From Octopus vulgaris (Eukaryota): a stretch of DNA of 64,000 nt. Positions 51,001 through 63,208 of this stretch are shown one piece after another. The stretch spans positions 10,044,001 through 10,108,000 of the forward strand of contig OX597838.1 in assembly GCA_951406725.2 (NCBI GenBank), given 5' to 3'. The notes under the pieces are model-generated. The model was not told where the DNA came from. It saw only the letters and a list, made by a program, of their open reading frames with translations, and did no database searches. A program made the translations under genes and the position numbers. Every line of letters starts with the position of its first letter. Within the stretch, counting starts at the first letter, position 1.

Positions 51001-54000
51001 ACATTATTAAACACCAGCAGCAAACTAACCCAGCTGATATACATAATTTACACGAAGACAACAAGAAACCATTTCAACCCCAGTTCCCTGTCAAAGAGAA
51101 AAACATTTTTGCCTCGTTTGCTGAACTTGATCCCAAGCTTCACGAAAAGCCTCTGTCTGTAATCCGAGCAACAGCAAATCCAGAAGCTAGTGTTTCAGCT
51201 TCACTGGTGATGGAGATGTTATCACCACCCCCATCTTCCACCTTCAAACTCTCTAACTGCACTTCTGTATTGAGCAAGATCTCGAAATGTAGCACCGATG
51301 TAGACACGTGTAGTCCTGATGTAAATAAATCAGCCACTAAAATCCTGCAGGATCTTTCTTCGTCTGAAACTGTTCCGACCAGAATTCAATCACCACCACC
51401 GGAAACAATTTCTCATGGCTCTTCATTCTTTGAAAGTAAAATGAATTACATAAAGGCTACGGAGACAGAGACTTCAGCCTCACCACCCAGAGCTGGTGAG
51501 GAATGTCATAAAATCACATCGTCACACACTTATTCGAAATTTGCTGAAGATTTGCCTGATCAGAGAAACCTGCTGAAAGTTATCTCCCTTGAGCAACCTT
51601 CCTCTGGTGGTGAGCCACAACCTGCTTCACAAGCAACACCATTGTTACTTGGAACTAAACTGTCAGCAAACCAAAAGGATGATCAACCTCCAGCAACTGA
51701 ATTAGATTCCACATCTGATGAACAGAAAGTTGTTGAGAGCAGTTTGAATACGAAAATACAATGGCAGCCAAATGCTGTAGCCGCCATGTCTTCTGATGCC
51801 AAAGAGTTGGACCCTAACATAGCGTCTGTGATCAAATGTAGTGATGGTGCCAACAAGTCTGATCCAATTAAACTGTTCAAAGAGCAAATCATTAAGAATG
51901 AAATTCCCAATGAATCGCTTCAAATTAAGACTTTACCCAGTAAAGATAATTTGTATTCTCCTTCCAGTATTGTTGCCACGGCTGCGTCTAAAATTGACTT
52001 AAATTTGAACACTGCAGCATGTTCTGCTAGCTTTAAAGATGAACGTGGTTTACCCTTGGATACAGCTTCTGTCAAACTTGATCCAGACAAGCCTACGGAT
52101 AATGACATTTTCAAAGTTAATTCTGATTTACAAAAAGATACAGTTAATCTTAAAGATGATGCTGATACACAGTCAGATTCAGCTAGTCCTAAAACAGATC
52201 CTTATATGCAATCAGATGAGGATAGCCCTCAAGTGAACTCTGATGTGCTATCAAATGAAGATAGCCCCAAAGATGAGCCTGATACAATACTGAATGTAGA
52301 TAGCCCCAAAGATGAGCCTGATACAATACTGAATGTAGATAGCCCCAAAGATGAGCCTGATACAATATTGAATGTAGATAGCCCCAAAGACGAGCCTGTT
52401 ACACTATCAAATTTAGATATCCCCCAAAATGAGTCCAACACATTATCAAATGTTGATAGCCCCAAAGATGAACCTAATGCATTATCAAATATAGAAAGTA
52501 CCAGATATGAGCCTGGTGTATTATTAAATGTAGGTCGCCCCAAAGTTGAACTCAATACATTATCAGATCTAAGTATTCCTAAAGATGAACCTGGTACATT
52601 GTCAAATGTAGATAGCCCTAAACATGTACCCAATGCATTATCAAATGAAGATAGCCCCAAAGAAGAGCCTGATACATTAATAAGTATAGGTAGCCCCAAA
52701 GATGAGCCCAATATATTAATAAATATTGATAGCCACAATGTTGAACCTAGTATATTAATGAATGTAGGTAGCCCCCAAAATGAGCCAGATACATTGCCCA
52801 GTGTAGGTAGTCCCAAAGTTGAACATGACACGTTGATAAATGTCAGTAGCCCCAATGATGAACCCACTACATTATCGAATGTAGATAGCCCCAAAGTTGA
52901 ACCTGACACAGTAATAACTGTCAGTAGCTCCCAAAATGAACCCAATACATTATCAAATATAGGTAGCCCCAATGATGAGCTCAATACATCGATAAATGTA
53001 GGTAGCCCCAATGATGAGCCCAATACAATAATAAATGCAGGTAGCCCCAAAGGTGAGCCCAATACATTATCAGTTGTTGGAAGCCCTAGAGATGAACCCA
53101 GTGCATTGATAAATGTTGGAAGCCCTAGAGATGAGCCCAGTGCATTATCAATTGTTGATAGCCCTAGAGATGAACCTAATGCATTAATAAATGTTGGTAG
53201 CCCTAGAGATGAGCCCAATACATTATCAATTGTTGGTAGCCCTAGAGATGAACCCAATACATTATCAATTGTTGGTAGCCCTAGAGATGAGCCCAATACA
53301 TTAATAAATGTTGGTAGCCCTAGAGATGAACCCAATACATTAATAAATGTTGGTAGCCCTAGAGATGAGCCCAATACATTAATAAATGTTGGTAGCCCTA
53401 GAGATGAGCCCAATACATTAATAAATGTAAGTAGCCCCAAAAGTGAGCCTGATACATTATCAGTTGCTGTTAGCCCTAGAGTTAAGTCCAATACATTAGT
53501 AAATGTAAGTAGTCCCAAAGATGAGCCCAATACATTGTCAGTTGTTAGTAGCCCCAAAGATGAGCCCAATACATTAATAAGTGTAGGTAGCCCCAAAGAT
53601 GAGCCCAATACATTAATAAGTGTAGGTAGCCCCAAAGATGAGCCCAATACATTGTCAATTGTTGGTAGCCCCAAAGATGGACATGATACATTAATCAATG
53701 CAGATAGTCCCAAAGATAATAAGTCTGATGTATTATCAAATATAAATAGCCCCAAAGATGAGCCCAATGCAATATCAAATACAGACAGTCCCAAAGATAA
53801 GTCCAATACTTCAATAAATGAAGGTAGTCCTAAAGATGTCCCTGATATACAATCAGGCGCAACATGCCCCGAAATTGACCTCAGTATGCAGTTTGATGTA
53901 ACTAACTCCCAAGTTGATGCTAATATGCAATCAGATTCTGAATGTTCTATGGATGTGCAGTTGGATGCAACTAATTCCGAAGTTGATGCCAATTTGCAGT

Positions 54001-57000
54001 CAGGCTCAGCTTGCTCTCGAGTTGAACTTGACATGCAGTTGGAAGTAACTAACCCTGCAGCTAACCCCATTATGCCTCTGTCTACAGCAGATGATTTGCA
54101 AATGAATTCAGCAGCTTCCAAAGCTGATGGTGGCTCTCAGTCGACTGTGACTGTTGTTAAAGTCAATTCTGCTGCTTATCAAGACAAATGCAGTCCTGAC
54201 GTGAAGTCAGATGTTGCTGACAACACAAACGCTCCCCCTTCTGCATCTTGCGAGCCATCTTCCCCTGTGGTTGCTTCAGAGAATAAATCTCTTCAGCAGA
54301 ATCAGTCTCCAGTCGCTGGAGATAAAGCAGAGCAGTTCATCAAAAAAACATCAAAGCCTTCGGATCAATGCCAACCATGTGAAGTGAACGATAGTTCTCA
54401 GTCCTCTTCGTTATTTCCACCTCATCAAACTTCATCATCGTCATCATCAGTATCATCTGTAATACTTCCATCATCATCATTGTCATCCTCATCCTCCTCA
54501 TCATCATCCTCATCGGCATTGTCATTATCATTGCCATCAACATCATCATCATCATCATCAGAGCTACTGACTCATGAACAATCACCTAGCTTAGCTCTAT
54601 CAGATATGCCTTCTCAAGAACAGAAACTACCATTGGTTATAAGGTTTAATGATTCATCTAATACATGTGATGTGAAAAGTGACGAGGAGAAGGAAGGAAA
54701 ATCCAGTGTCAAAGCAGAGGCAACCAGTGTTGTGGTGGCAGAGAAGACGGATGTGGAAACGAAGATCAGTGAAGAAAATGCAGTTAGTTCTGTAGAGTCA
54801 TTGAATGACTCAAACGTAAATGGCATTCCTGAAAGTATAGGCAATGGCAATGAACCTCCTCCTGATATCAAGGCTTCTAGCCTTGATCCTTCATCAAATC
54901 TCAGCTGTAGTAGTGATAGTAGTAATAGTAACAGCAAGACGTCGTCTACTATGGTGACTGTTACTTCATCATCTATGGCTAGTCCATCATTGTCGAAATC
55001 TGATGAGGCTTCTGTGATACATAGTGAAGCCTCCTCCGATAGTGCAGTACCTTCCTATAAAAAGAACCCTGGTGCCTTGATACAAAATCCAACAAACACA
55101 ACAGAATCTTTGGCTGCATTTTCTTTGAATTCTGCCCCCGTTAAAAAGGAGACTCTTACTGTCCCCCCAATCAAGATAAAGGTCGAGTCTGAAGCAACTC
55201 CATCGGACTCTTTGTCCCATTTGTCAACCTCCATGGTGATAGCTCCAGCCGCTGCTCAAAGAATTCTCTCGTTAGCAACTCTGGCCAACAAAGTCACTCT
55301 GAAATCTAGCCATGCCACACCAGCCATTAAGAAATCAAAATCAGAAGATTCTGAAAGTGGCAATTTGTTATTGAAAGGAGAGACAGGTGGTCACCTGGTG
55401 GAAAGCGAAGATAACAGTGAAAGCGTGGATGAAAGAGTTTCTGGTTCAAAGAGCAGTGCTCCAGCTCCCCATAGGGTTGTGAGTGGAGATTTAACCGACC
55501 ATTCGAAGGCGGCCACAGTTGCCGCTCCTTCAGATAAAGTTCCTGAAAGAGATGTTTCTGGCTCATCAGCATCTACAGAATCTCCAAACATTGAGAAGCC
55601 TCCTCTTGGCAATGATGAGGATAACCTCTCCAGTGTTGAATTAGGGAAAACCCCTACGGCTACCGACTTGGACAAGGGCTCTGCAGAGAACACTAACAAC
55701 AGTTGCCTGAAATCTCCAAACTCCACTTCTAACCCGCAGCTTGTTTGTGACCCTTCTCCGAAAGAGAAGGACAGTGAAGAGCAAAGAAAAGGTTCTAGTT
55801 GTCAGGTTACTGTTGACCTGTCCGTCTCGGTCAGCATCGAGCCCCCTCCCACCCCCTATCCTCCCCTCTCCATATCTCCAAAGGCATCTCACAAGAACAT
55901 AGAGATGAGCAACGAGAGAACTGAAATGAGGTCATCCCCCCCTGATGATAAACCCAGCTCCTTAGCTGCAGTTAAAAAGCCAGATGTGGAAATAGTCAAA
56001 CCACAGCTGAAGCCATCATTTGCTATCTTTGACAGCTGCCTTGTGTGCATAATTTGCCGGAAGATGTGCAAAAGTAAGAAATCCTTCCAGGCTCATGTGT
56101 GGTGGCATTTTCATGCTTGTAGTCGGATGTGCACCCATTGTCTGCCTCCTCCAGAACCCATCAGTATTAATAACCAACACAAACTTCAGCTGAATAAGTG
56201 CCCTTATGTGATGGATGTTATGGTTAAGATATGTCGCACTCTTAAAAAGATACGTCAGGCGAAGCTGCAGTCTGGCAAAGACCAGGTTGAACGTGAAAAA
56301 ACATTTGCAGAGGAGGAAACTGACACCGAGAGCGTGGATCTAGACTACGACTTGAACAACGGTGGTAGTGGTGGCGGTGGGGAAAACAGTAGCAGCAGCA
56401 AGATGGCGGATCTGTCACTGACCGCAGCACAAGTTGACAGCAGCCAGTCAAACAACCAGAAATCCAATGCAACCGATGACAACAGTATATTTGCCCCGGC
56501 AAACGTTGAGTATCTCAGGTCCCTCTACTCCAGTGGTAGTAACAGCAAAAAACGGACTAAAAAGTCTTCTTCCAGTGGCCCGAACCACCACCACCACCAC
56601 CACCATCACCACCACCACCACCATAGTTCGTCCTCGTCGTCTTCTTCGTCCACCTCCTCATCTGTGGTAAACTCTTCAGTGTCGTCTTCCCACAAGAAAG
56701 GGGGTTTCTATGTCTGCGGTTTTCAGTACTGTACTTACTCCTGTATGAATTGTCTTCAGTTCCGTCTGCATCTCCAGCAGTGTCATAACTTTGAAACTGT
56801 GTTTCCTTGCTACCATTGTGGCCAGCTGAATTATTCAAAAGATGACCTCATCAAACACATGTACAATCATTCAAATGCGCGAGATTTTCTGCTATTTCGA
56901 TGTTGGTTCCCTCGGTGTCGGTTTGGTACAAACATGCTTCAAGAGTTTCACGAACACAACAACATTTTCCATGTCGGTGAGTTAGTGTTTACCTGCTTCT

Positions 57001-59629
57001 ACTGCAACACGGAGTTCCCCGAACTATCTGAACTGCTCAACCATCTCCAGTCTAATTTGCTGAAATTTGTACAATGTCCTCACTGCACTGTGAAGGACCG
57101 AAACCGAAGGACTGTTTTGAACCACATATCTACCGAACACCCACTGAAACCAAAGCAAATTGTGGTTACCTGCCAAGTTGTATGCAAAAAGAAGCAAACT
57201 GTCTCCCCTGATGCTAGTGAGATACTGCACAATCAGCATCTTAAACTAAACCAGTCTCTGTCTGAAGAACGAATACTGGAATGTATTAAATGTGGCCTGA
57301 TCTGTCGTAACATAGCAACATTACGGAAACACTCCCGCGTCTGCCTCCGAGACGCTCTTTCCAAGAAAACATTCAGCTCACCGAGAGAGAACAATTTAAC
57401 TATGATCTACTCTTGTCAATGGTGTAGTTTCCCAGCAGCCTCTGATACGATGCTTTTCCAGCACACTGTTGACCAGCATCCGGGCAAGAATGCCAATTTT
57501 GAGCAGATTGAGCTGAAGGCACTTGACTCAGGATATGGTGAATATGAAAACCTTTCTAGAATGTCGTCTTGGCTTGAAGCAACCAAGAGTGAAGCCATCA
57601 TCTGCCCTTACTGCAAAGTTGGCTTTGATGATGAACTCCAGTGGAGTGAACACATGGAGCACGAACACAACCACGAAGAGCATATAGTCAAAGAAGAGGA
57701 TGATGATGATGACGACGACGAGGATGGCCATTTATCAAAGTACCGATGTGATTTTTGTGAATTTAACGGTATTTCTGAAAAGGATCTCTTAGATCACCAG
57801 CAAATGATGACTATATCCGAGGGTCCAGACGGACTGCACAGAAGGGTTGTTGACCTCGCAAATGTAACACCAAAAGTGACGATGTTAACGGACACCAAGT
57901 TAACTGTGAGTAACGTTCAGTCATTCAAGAAGTTCAAGAGGTCACCAAGTAAAAAGATGAACAATGCATTCTTTAAGTGTTCTGGCTGCCACTTCCGGAG
58001 CTTGAGCAAGTGGCAATCATTGCGACACGTGAAGCATTGTTCCCTTGCAAAGCGACGCCTCTCAGAATATATGAAGAAAAGAGGGTCATTCGTTAGCCGA
58101 GATGAAGTGAAGGCAGATATGGACATATACAATTTCCCAGAAAGCAACTCTGGATCATCGTCTTCGTCGTCTGAGCGATTGAGTTTCACTGCCGCCAGCA
58201 GTGATGAACTTCGTAATCAAAAGAGTTCTCGAATGATGTCATACATGCGGGACAAACAGATGAACCTGATGGCCAAGGAAGGTATTATTGACTGCACAGA
58301 CAGCGAGGGATACAAGTGTTCAATTTGTAAACATACTGGCAAAACAATGATAAACATTCGGCAGCATCTGTGGAAAACTCATCTGAAACTAAAACCCGTT
58401 CGTTGTCCTTGCTGTCCATTCACGTCCTGGAAGAACTACACCCTGGAAAAGCACAAGATCAGCAAGCATCATCATTCGCATCCTAACCTCTCTGATCAAG
58501 AGATGAAATCGCTGGCTCAGAATCTCCAAGGAACCACAGATGGTCTCGTTGAATGTCAGCTCTGTTTCTACAAGAGTCCCAGTCCATATAAAGTACGAAC
58601 ACACCTCTGGCGAACGCACATGCACCTTGAAATGAAACAGTGTAGGTCCTGCTCTTATAAGTGTTGGTATTGGTACTTAATGAACATGCATCGACTGTCG
58701 CGACACAAAATAAAGGTAGACCAGAATAGCACGAAATATCAGCAGCAGCAACAGCAGAAGAGTCAAAACGAAAACAAAAATATGCTTGAAGGCAATGGTG
58801 AATCCAAAACTGATGAAAAAAATTCGTATAAACCAAATAGTGGTGACAATGCCATGTCTGACGAAGACATGAGTCAACTAGCTAAAGAGCTGATGGCGCG
58901 AAAGACTGATAATAAATACGAATGCACTATATGTAAATATGAATGCACACGCATTATGATAATGAAAATTCATATCTGGAAGCGCCATTTGAATGTAAAA
59001 CAACGCAAATGCCCATATTGTCCGTACACTTGCTGGCTAGAAACGCGTTTGGCTCAACATGTCTGTCGGATTGTAGTAGCCAGCTCTTGTGATGTTAACT
59101 CCGATGGTGGCGGCGGTGGTGATGGTGGTGCCACAGGGCCAATACAGGACTCCAAATCTCGGTGGGTGATTTCAAAAGCAGATGAACATGGTTGCAAGTT
59201 ATATATTAATAAATCAAAGCGTCCACACAAAAGACTATCGTTTGAAGAGTTCGGAAGGCCGTGTCCAAAGAAATTCCGATCACTTTCCGAAGGCGGGGCT
59301 GCCAATGGGAGTGCTGATAACAGTGTTGATGGCTTAGATGACTCTGAGAATACCTCGAGTTTTACCGCCACCTCAACTGTGGCAACTTTTGTCAAGGGAA
59401 GTAAGAACTTTTCTTGGATCCGACAGAAGCACGAGAAGTCTGTTTCTCAATCTTTCTTCCGCGTTAATGACAAAAAACTTTTTGCACGCACCACAGACCG
59501 TTTGAACCAGTTGGAAATTTATACGTGTGTTTTCTGTAGCTATAAGTCCTGGAATATGGAGGCAATGTGTCACCATACTTACAAACATAAGCTACAGTGT
59601 GGTTACTGCTTGTTCAGAGCCTACAGCCG
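48021..59629 (+). CDS. Giant coding exon of a multi-C2H2 zinc-finger / AT-hook nuclear protein (3'-incomplete; continues after splice donor at 59630)
   Basis: Stop-free frame 48012-59633 with first ATG at 48021. About 18-19 CxxC/Cx4C...Hx3-4H(C) motifs between ~56040 and 59629, and a GRPRK AT-hook near the N-terminus. The apparent TAA stop lies inside CCG|GTAAGT, a consensus donor, in the middle of the finger CGYCLFRAYSR. Confidence 0.93.
49524..49985 (+). repeat. Coding tandem repeat, 14 x 33 bp (11 aa, consensus DSExVNTPCS/TV)
   Basis: Units read from the translation: DSEDVNTQSTI, DSEDVTTRSTL, DSEDVNTQSTV ... ESERINTPCSI. Confidence 0.9.
52221..53861 (+). repeat. Coding minisatellite, 42 x 39 bp (13 aa, consensus G/DSPK/RDEPNTLI/SNV)
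   Basis: 42 in-phase units counted by hand, one with an extra codon; more degenerate units continue on both sides. Confidence 0.95.
56586..56624 (+). repeat. Coding (CAY)13 poly-histidine tract followed by poly-Ser
   Basis: 13 consecutive CAC/CAT codons in frame, just before the main zinc-finger cluster. Confidence 0.95.
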
Positions 59630-59635
59630 GTAAGT
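59627..59635 (+). promoter_or_regulatory. 5' splice donor (phase 2) ending the giant exon
   Basis: CCG|GTAAGT with GT at 59630-59631, followed by an abrupt switch to T-rich, intron-like sequence. Confidence 0.85.
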
Positions 59636-59766
59636 TGTTTTAATTTAATCAATATATCTCTCACTTTCTCTAATTTTGCACAGGGAACCTAGTTATATGC
59701 CTTGGTTACTAAATCTTATCTACTTTTGTTGTTGCTATATGTTGTTTTCAAAAATTTATGCACATA

Positions 59767-60171
59767 GGCGCAGGAGTGGCTGTGTGGTAAGTAGCTTGCT
59801 AACCAACCACATGGTTCCGGGTTCAGTCCCACTGCGTGGCATCTTGGGCAAGTGTCTTCTGCTATAGCCCCAGGCCGACCAATGCCTTGTGAGTGGATTT
59901 GGTAGACGGAAACTGAAAGAAGCCTGTCATATATATGTATATATATATTTATGTTTGTGTATATGTTTATGTGTCTGTGTTTGTCCCCCTAGCATTGCCT
60001 GACAACCGATGCTGGTGTGTGTGTGTCCCCGTCACTTAGCGGTTCGGCAAAAGAGACCGATAGAATAAGTACTGGGCTTACAAAAAGAATAAGTCCCGGG
60101 GTCGATTTGCTCGACTAAAGGCGGTGCTCCAGCATGGCCGCAGTCAAATGACTGAAACAAGTAAAAGAGTA
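59767..60171 (+). mobile_element. SINE family A, full length, 137 bp downstream of the giant-exon donor
   Basis: Same head, core and tail as 9644-10048. Confidence 0.92.
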
Positions 60172-60177
60172 TATGTT

Positions 60178-60582
60178 TAAGCCATTAGCATTCTGATTAC
60201 TATGTCAAATATGTTGTTTCACATTGTTTTGAATTAATCATGCAATTATCTTGTAGCTTTGAGTGTTTGATGGTGTGGTTGTTTATTTTTAGAATGGCAT
60301 TGTAGCATTGATGCAAGAGGCAGGATCTGGCCAGTTTGAACAGGAAAAGCTGGTTTTAAATTCTCTAACTCTTTAGCATTTGTATTATTTTGTCAAAAGT
60401 AATGCTTATTTATTCACACAGTTTTGAATTAATTATGCATTATCTCACAGCCATGAGATTTTGATGAGGTAACTGTTTAGAATGGCATTGTAGGGATGGT
60501 GTGAGAAGCCAGATCTGGCCAGTTTGAACATAAAAGAGACAGAATATTTGGGCTGGATGTGGCCAGTTTAAATGCTAAAAGG
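60178..60582. mobile_element. Two tandem decayed family-2 MITEs
   Basis: CACATTGTTTTGAATTAAT-like and GATCTGGCCAGTTTGAACA blocks each occur twice. Confidence 0.75.
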
Positions 60583-60913
60583 TAGCTCAAAGAAATGACC
60601 ATTACTATATTCTCTTGACCATTTGTCATGTTCTCCTTAAATTAATGCAATAAATGAATCGATTGCTTGGCTTATGATAAATGGCCCCTATTGTGTTTAG
60701 TTGAAGGAGAAATGGGAATTGTGGGCAAACATGCCTATTCCAGAGGCATTAGCAATGTAAGTGAAATAATTTTCACTATGATGAGAAATAAGATTGCACT
60801 CATCTTTACCAGGAGATGATGTCCTATACAGCTCATAAGCAAGCTACTATTAACTTGTTTGGATGAAGAGAAGCTAAGCCATCGACCTTTACTGCTCAAT
60901 ATTTGCTTTAAAT

Positions 60914-61121
60914 CAGTGGTTCTCAACTGGGGTCCATATAAGATTTTGTTGTTAAAATTTATATGTAGTAAATTAATTGTACAATAAACAAAATATTTTC
61001 ACAATTCTTTTATACAATTCCTAATAATATTTAATCATAGTCACTGAATGGTTAGGAGGGATTCCACCCTGCTTCTTGAGTGAAATAGGAATCTAGGCCC
61101 CAAAACGGTTAAGAACCACTG
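60914..61121. mobile_element. hAT/Charlie-like MITE with 8-bp TSD CTTTAAAT
   Basis: TIRs CAGTGGTTCTCAAC / GTTAAGAACCACTG; the right TSD is restored when the nested MITE is removed. Confidence 0.85.
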
Positions 61122-61127
61122 CTTTAA

Positions 61128-61335
61128 CCCCTTAGCATTCAGATGATTCTCTCACATGTAATGCTTTTTTCATTCACGTTGTGTTTAATTAATCATGCTT
61201 TATCTCCCAGCTTTGAAATTTTGACGATGTGATTGTATATTTTTAGAGTAGCATTGAAAGGTAAGTGTGACCAGCTGCATCTGACTGGTTAGAACCAAAA
61301 ACAAGAAGCATATTTGGGCCTGGGATGTGTCTGGG
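61128..61335. mobile_element. Family-2 MITE inserted in the TSD of a hAT MITE
   Basis: TTAA at 61124-61127 and 61336-61339. Confidence 0.8.
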
Positions 61336-61390
61336 TTAAATAAACATGGGTGGGGCTGGGTATATAGAAGCTGATAGAAGTGGCAGCACA

Positions 61391-61789
61391 TCTCTCTTTT
61401 ACTCTTACTTGTTTCAGTCATTTGACTGCGGCCATGCTGGAGCACCGCCTTAAATCGAGCAACTCGACCCCGGGACTTATTCTTTTGTAAGCCCAGTACT
61501 TATTCTATCGGTCTCTTTTGCCGAACCGCTAAGAAACGGGGACATAAACACACCAGCATCGGTTGTCAAGCAATGCTAGGGAGACAATCACAGACACACA
61601 AACACACACACGCATATAATATATACATATATACGACAGGCTTCTTTCAGTTTCCGTCTACCAAATCCACTCACAAGGCTTTGGTTGGCCCGAGGCTATA
61701 GCAGAAGACACTTGCCCAAGATGCCGCACAGTGGGACTGAACCCGGAACCATGTGGTTGGTAAACAAGCTACTTACCACACAGCCACTC
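61391..61789 (-). mobile_element. SINE family A, near full length
   Basis: Reverse complement of 59767-60171. Confidence 0.92.
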
Positions 61790-62990
61790 TGGGTATTTGT
61801 TGAAACATGTGAGTGAAATGTTGCCAATTTGATGATATTGATCGATTCTGGTTTCTATCAGCCCATTTGAAACTGGCCCTAGTTCTGTGATAAAAACTTC
61901 CTGTTTTAACGTGATCTCAAACCTTTCATCAAAGTTTCATATTTATGTTCCAAACATCAGCTTAATAATGACAAAGTTTACTAAATTCTTTAGAATTTTC
62001 TAAATTAATTGTATTAGTGAAGGGAGTGCATGTCAATAGAAATATGATAACTAGCGTAAAAAAAAAAATATCTTTACCAACATTAGCAAAACCAGTGGGT
62101 TTTTTTTTCTATGCTATTCCTTGTGTAAACCCACTACAGTTTAGAAATCACTAACATTGACTGTATGGCTTTTTTAAACACCTTGTTGTCTCCCTTTATG
62201 TGCTGAGTTTATTTCAGTGATGTGTTTCCTTGGGCCACAGACACTGATGTATGGCTTCAGTACTGTTTAACTGATCTAAGATGAATCTGTTCCGGGATAG
62301 GATGCCAGCCTATATAGCAAGTAACATCCTCAGACAAACTTGTACCAATTCCTGACGGCTCTAAGGTCTATAGAATTCTTGTGTTATGTTCAGAAACACA
62401 AATAAGTATTTGTATCTATTACGATTGATGGTTTGTTAGCCAGTTGTCTTACACCTAGTCACTTGACCAATGTGTTTACACAACCCTTAAATAACGATTT
62501 CTTTAACCAAACATGAAATAGGGTTAGACTGACCACACAATAGAACTGTATTCAGCCATGTTCCTCTTTCACGTTCTTATCATTGTCGTTTAACATCCAC
62601 TCTTCCATGCACAGGTCAGAATTCCCTTTTTTTCTTCTTCTTCTTTGAGACAGCTTTTCTATGACCAGATGCTCTTCCTGTTGCCAACCTCACCTGTTCC
62701 CAAACCTGATAATATTTCCTCGTGGAAGACTGGAAACAAACCTCACCTGTTGTATGTTGGTGATACACTTTTACAATCATAAAATGATGTCACGGCATGG
62801 TCACACACACATAATGAGCTTCTTTCAGATTCCATCAACTAGATGCATTCACAAAGACATGGGACCCTGACAGGTGCTACTAATCTGCATCAGAGTAGAC
62901 CTGGGAAAAATAGTGGCTAAGAAACAGTCCCACATGCCACAAAACCTTGGAACTTCTGACACCAGTGCCCCGCTACCAGATGCAGTTTAA

Positions 62991-63208
62991 CCCTTTCGTT
63001 ACCATATTTTTGAGATGTTCTGTGTTTCTTTCAATTCATTTTAAATATAACAAAGAATTTAGTAAAATAACTTAGTTATCATTCAGCTAGTGTTAGGAAG
63101 ATACATTGTGACTAAGGTTTGGCAGAAGATTTTAATTCAGAACTTTTGCAAACAAGACATTTGTATTCAGAGCCAGAGGCAGTTTCAGCCAGGTTGGTAT
63201 CGAAAGGG
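62991..63208. mobile_element. MITE family 1 (opposite orientation)
   Basis: TTAA|CCCTTTCGTTACC...GGTATCGAAAGGG|TTAA. Confidence 0.9.

Noticed and set aside
52221-53861. CRISPR-like regular periodicity
   Set aside because: No unique spacers, the units are in-frame coding repeats, the context is eukaryotic and there are no cas genes.
52229-54121. 630-aa antisense ORF
   Set aside because: Shadow of the 39-bp coding repeat: a unit without a stop on the reverse strand gives a long ORF automatically.
48021-59629. Assigning a vertebrate gene name to the zinc-finger protein
   Set aside because: The resemblance to large dispersed-finger proteins is architectural only; I recognise no diagnostic sequence.
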